Below, piece after piece: positions 47,637-49,776 of a stretch of 49,776 nucleotides of DNA (its first letter is position 1; every line of letters begins with the position of its first letter). Source of the DNA: Chitinophagales bacterium (lineage in GTDB: Bacteria; Bacteroidota; Bacteroidia; Chitinophagales; Chitinophagaceae); the NCBI GenBank assembly GCA_964201225.1, contig CAXNDZ010000001.1:1-49776 (forward strand). The letters run 5' to 3'. Made by a program: the position numbers and the translations under genes. The notes under the pieces are model-generated. The model did not search any database. It was given only the letters and a program-made list of their open reading frames with translations, and had not been told where the DNA came from.

Positions 47637-49776
47637 TTGAAAATATATAAACTTTGGATAGGCATTTTTCTTTGCTTGCAAATAGGCCAAGTAGTGGGGC
47701 AGAAAAAAAATGAAAATGTTCGGTATTTTATACATAAAGCAACGCAACCCATTGTTATTGACGGCATCATGAATGATGATGCTTGGACTAAAGCGATGGT
47801 CGTTAACAATTTTGATATGGTGTTACCCATGGACACTAGCAAAGCACAAATTAAGACCGAAGTGAGAATGACGTATGATGATCAAAATTTATACCTCATC
47901 GCTGTTTGTGATAAAATTGGAGACGGTGTGGATGTTGTTGAATCCTTAAAAAGAGATTGGGCTTTTGGAAAAAACGACAATTTCATTGTATTTATGGATA
48001 CCTATGGCGATATGAACAGTGGATTTGCGTTTGGTGTTAATGCCGCTGGTGCGCAGTGGGATGGTACCATGTATGATGGAGGAAGTGTAGATTTAAACTG
48101 GGATAATAAATGGACCACAGGTAGTACCTCTGATAAAAATAAATATATCATCGAAGCCGCCATTCCCTTTACATCTATTAGATATAAAGAAGGCAAGATG
48201 GAGTGGGGAATTAATTTTAGTAGAAATGATTTAAAGAGTACTGAAAAGTCGGCATGGGCCCCCGTTCCAAGGCAATTTCCAACAGCTTCTTTATCCTATG
48301 CAGGGGTATTAGTTTGGGATGCACCACCTCCTACGGCAAAAAATAATTTTTCACTCATTCCTTATTTTAAAACTAGTGTCGCTAAAGAGTATACCAATGC
48401 GGTTGGTCAAAAAATTACCCAAGCAAGTTTGGTGGGGAAAGATGCGGGCTTGGATGCAAAAATAAGTTTATCCTCCTCGCTAAATTTGGATTTAACATTG
48501 CATCCTGATTTTTCACAAGTGGAAGTAGATCGTCAAGTAACTAATTTAAGTCGTTTTGAATTATTTTTTCCTGAAAGAAGACAATTCTTTTTAGAAAATG
48601 CCGACTTGTTTTCAAATTTAGGATTCACTAATACCCGTCCTTTTTTCTCAAGACGCATTGGATTAAATACCGATATTGATTTTGGTGCAAGATTAAGTGG
48701 TCGCATTAATAAAAATTGGCGCATGGGACTAATGGATATTAAAACAAGTGCCAATGATGCTATTAATTTGGCGAGTCAAAACTTCACCGTGATGGCGCTT
48801 CAAAGAAAATTATTTAAAAAATCAAGCATTGAATTATTTTATATTGACAGAACCGCGTTGGCATTTAACGGGAAAACAACTGAAGCCAGTGGTTGCAATT
48901 GCGTTTATCAACACGATGGCAATGCCTTTAATCGAAATATTGGTTTTGAATACTATTTAGCACCGCCCAATAATACATTTTCAGGAAAAACAATTTTTAT
49001 TAAATCATTTACCCCTAATACTACTGGGAATGATTTTTTAAATGCTGCTAATTTTCAATACAATCAACGCAAATGGATATTGTCATGGCAACATGAAATT
49101 GTAGGTGAAAACTATAATGCCGAAGTAGGTTATGTTCCCAGAAATAATTATATAAAATTTAACCCGAGTATAACACGATTATTTTTTCCTAAAGGCGGTT
49201 CTATTTTAAGTCATGGACCACAGATTACTTCCACTTATTATTACAATACTAATTTTATTACAACCGATTATAGTAATACTTTAATTTACTTAATTACTTA
49301 TAGAGACAAAAGCACGCTCTCGGCGGTTGCGCAAAATACATTTGTAGAACTGCTATCCCCTTTTGATCCAACACGTATTGGAAAGCTTGCATTAGAAAAA
49401 GGAACAAAGCACGAATGGACAAATATTGGATTTGACTGGACATCACCACCACAAAATACATTGACTTATAGCCTATCCACCAGAATAGGTGGCTATTATG
49501 CCAATGGGAATTTATTAAGTATCTCAGGAAACGTAGGATATCGTATTCAGCCCTATGTAAATATTGATTTTTCAAGCACTTACAATCGAATAAAATTGCC
49601 CAGTCCATGGGGAAACAACAACTTTTTATTGCTAGGCCCAAAACTTGATGTCACCTTTAGTAAAAAACTGTTTTTAACTACCTTTTTTCAATACAACGAA
49701 CAAACAAAAAACATTAACTTCAATACACGATTTCAGTGGAGATACAAGCCCGTTTCAGATTTGTTCATTGTATACA
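47637..49776 (+). CDS. CBM9-like + DUF5916 outer-membrane protein (3' end runs off window)
   Basis: Not in the ORF track because it is truncated. TTG start MKIYKLWIGIFLCLQIGQVVGQ...IVIDGIMNDDAW...WDNKW...EAAIPF.SIRY...WGINFSR...PDFSQVEVDRQVTNLSRFELFFPERRQFFLEN...PFFSRRIG. Confidence 0.87.
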   Translation, partial: MKIYKLWIGIFLCLQIGQVVGQKKNENVRYFIHKATQPIVIDGIMNDDAWTKAMVVNNFDMVLPMDTSKAQIKTEVRMTYDDQNLYLIAVCDKIGDGVDVVESLKRDWAFGKNDNFIVFMDTYGDMNSGFAFGVNAAGAQWDGTMYDGGSVDLNWDNKWTTGSTSDKNKYIIEAAIPFTSIRYKEGKMEWGINFSRNDLKSTEKSAWAPVPRQFPTASLSYAGVLVWDAPPPTAKNNFSLIPYFKTSVAKEYTNAVGQKITQASLVGKDAGLDAKISLSSSLNLDLTLHPDFSQVEVDRQVTNLSRFELFFPERRQFFLENADLFSNLGFTNTRPFFSRRIGLNTDIDFGARLSGRINKNWRMGLMDIKTSANDAINLASQNFTVMALQRKLFKKSSIELFYIDRTALAFNGKTTEASGCNCVYQHDGNAFNRNIGFEYYLAPPNNTFSGKTIFIKSFTPNTTGNDFLNAANFQYNQRKWILSWQHEIVGENYNAEVGYVPRNNYIKFNPSITRLFFPKGGSILSHGPQITSTYYYNTNFITTDYSNTLIYLITYRDKSTLSAVAQNTFVELLSPFDPTRIGKLALEKGTKHEWTNIGFDWTSPPQNTLTYSLSTRIGGYYANGNLLSISGNVGYRIQPYVNIDFSSTYNRIKLPSPWGNNNFLLLGPKLDVTFSKKLFLTTFFQYNEQTKNINFNTRFQWRYKPVSDLFIVY

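Noticed and set aside
47588-49641. Short minus-strand ORFs at the window end
   Set aside because: Shadows of the plus-strand DUF5916 gene that runs off the window.

Overview
AT-rich, densely coding chromosomal window from a Bacteroidota bacterium, probably Chitinophagaceae-like (inferred from TAnnTTTG -7 promoters, T9SS C-terminal domains, DUF1800/DUF1501, DUF5916 and many secreted hydrolases). It holds about 45 CDS. Most are exported peptidases, acylases and sugar-catabolism enzymes; there is also an ECF sigma/anti-sigma operon, a sulfur-oxidation cluster (TsdA-like diheme cytochrome, DsrE, persulfide dioxygenase-rhodanese, TauE) and a T9SS protein/fibre-like pair. I found no transposase, integrase, prophage or CRISPR array. 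Most unusual items: (1) a tRNA-Cys-shaped RNA at 40664-40734(-) with intact stems but lost identity elements (A33, G1xA72, A73), with a promoter directly against it, a 35-nt tail and a strong terminator, suggesting a tRNA-scaffolded small RNA; (2) two tandem non-Ddl ATP-grasp ligases, the second fused to a SET/post-SET methyltransferase; (3) two small ORFs missing from the ORF track (a 26-aa membrane peptide and a 42-aa Cys/His zinc-ribbon protein). All family calls come from motif recognition by eye, not database searches.
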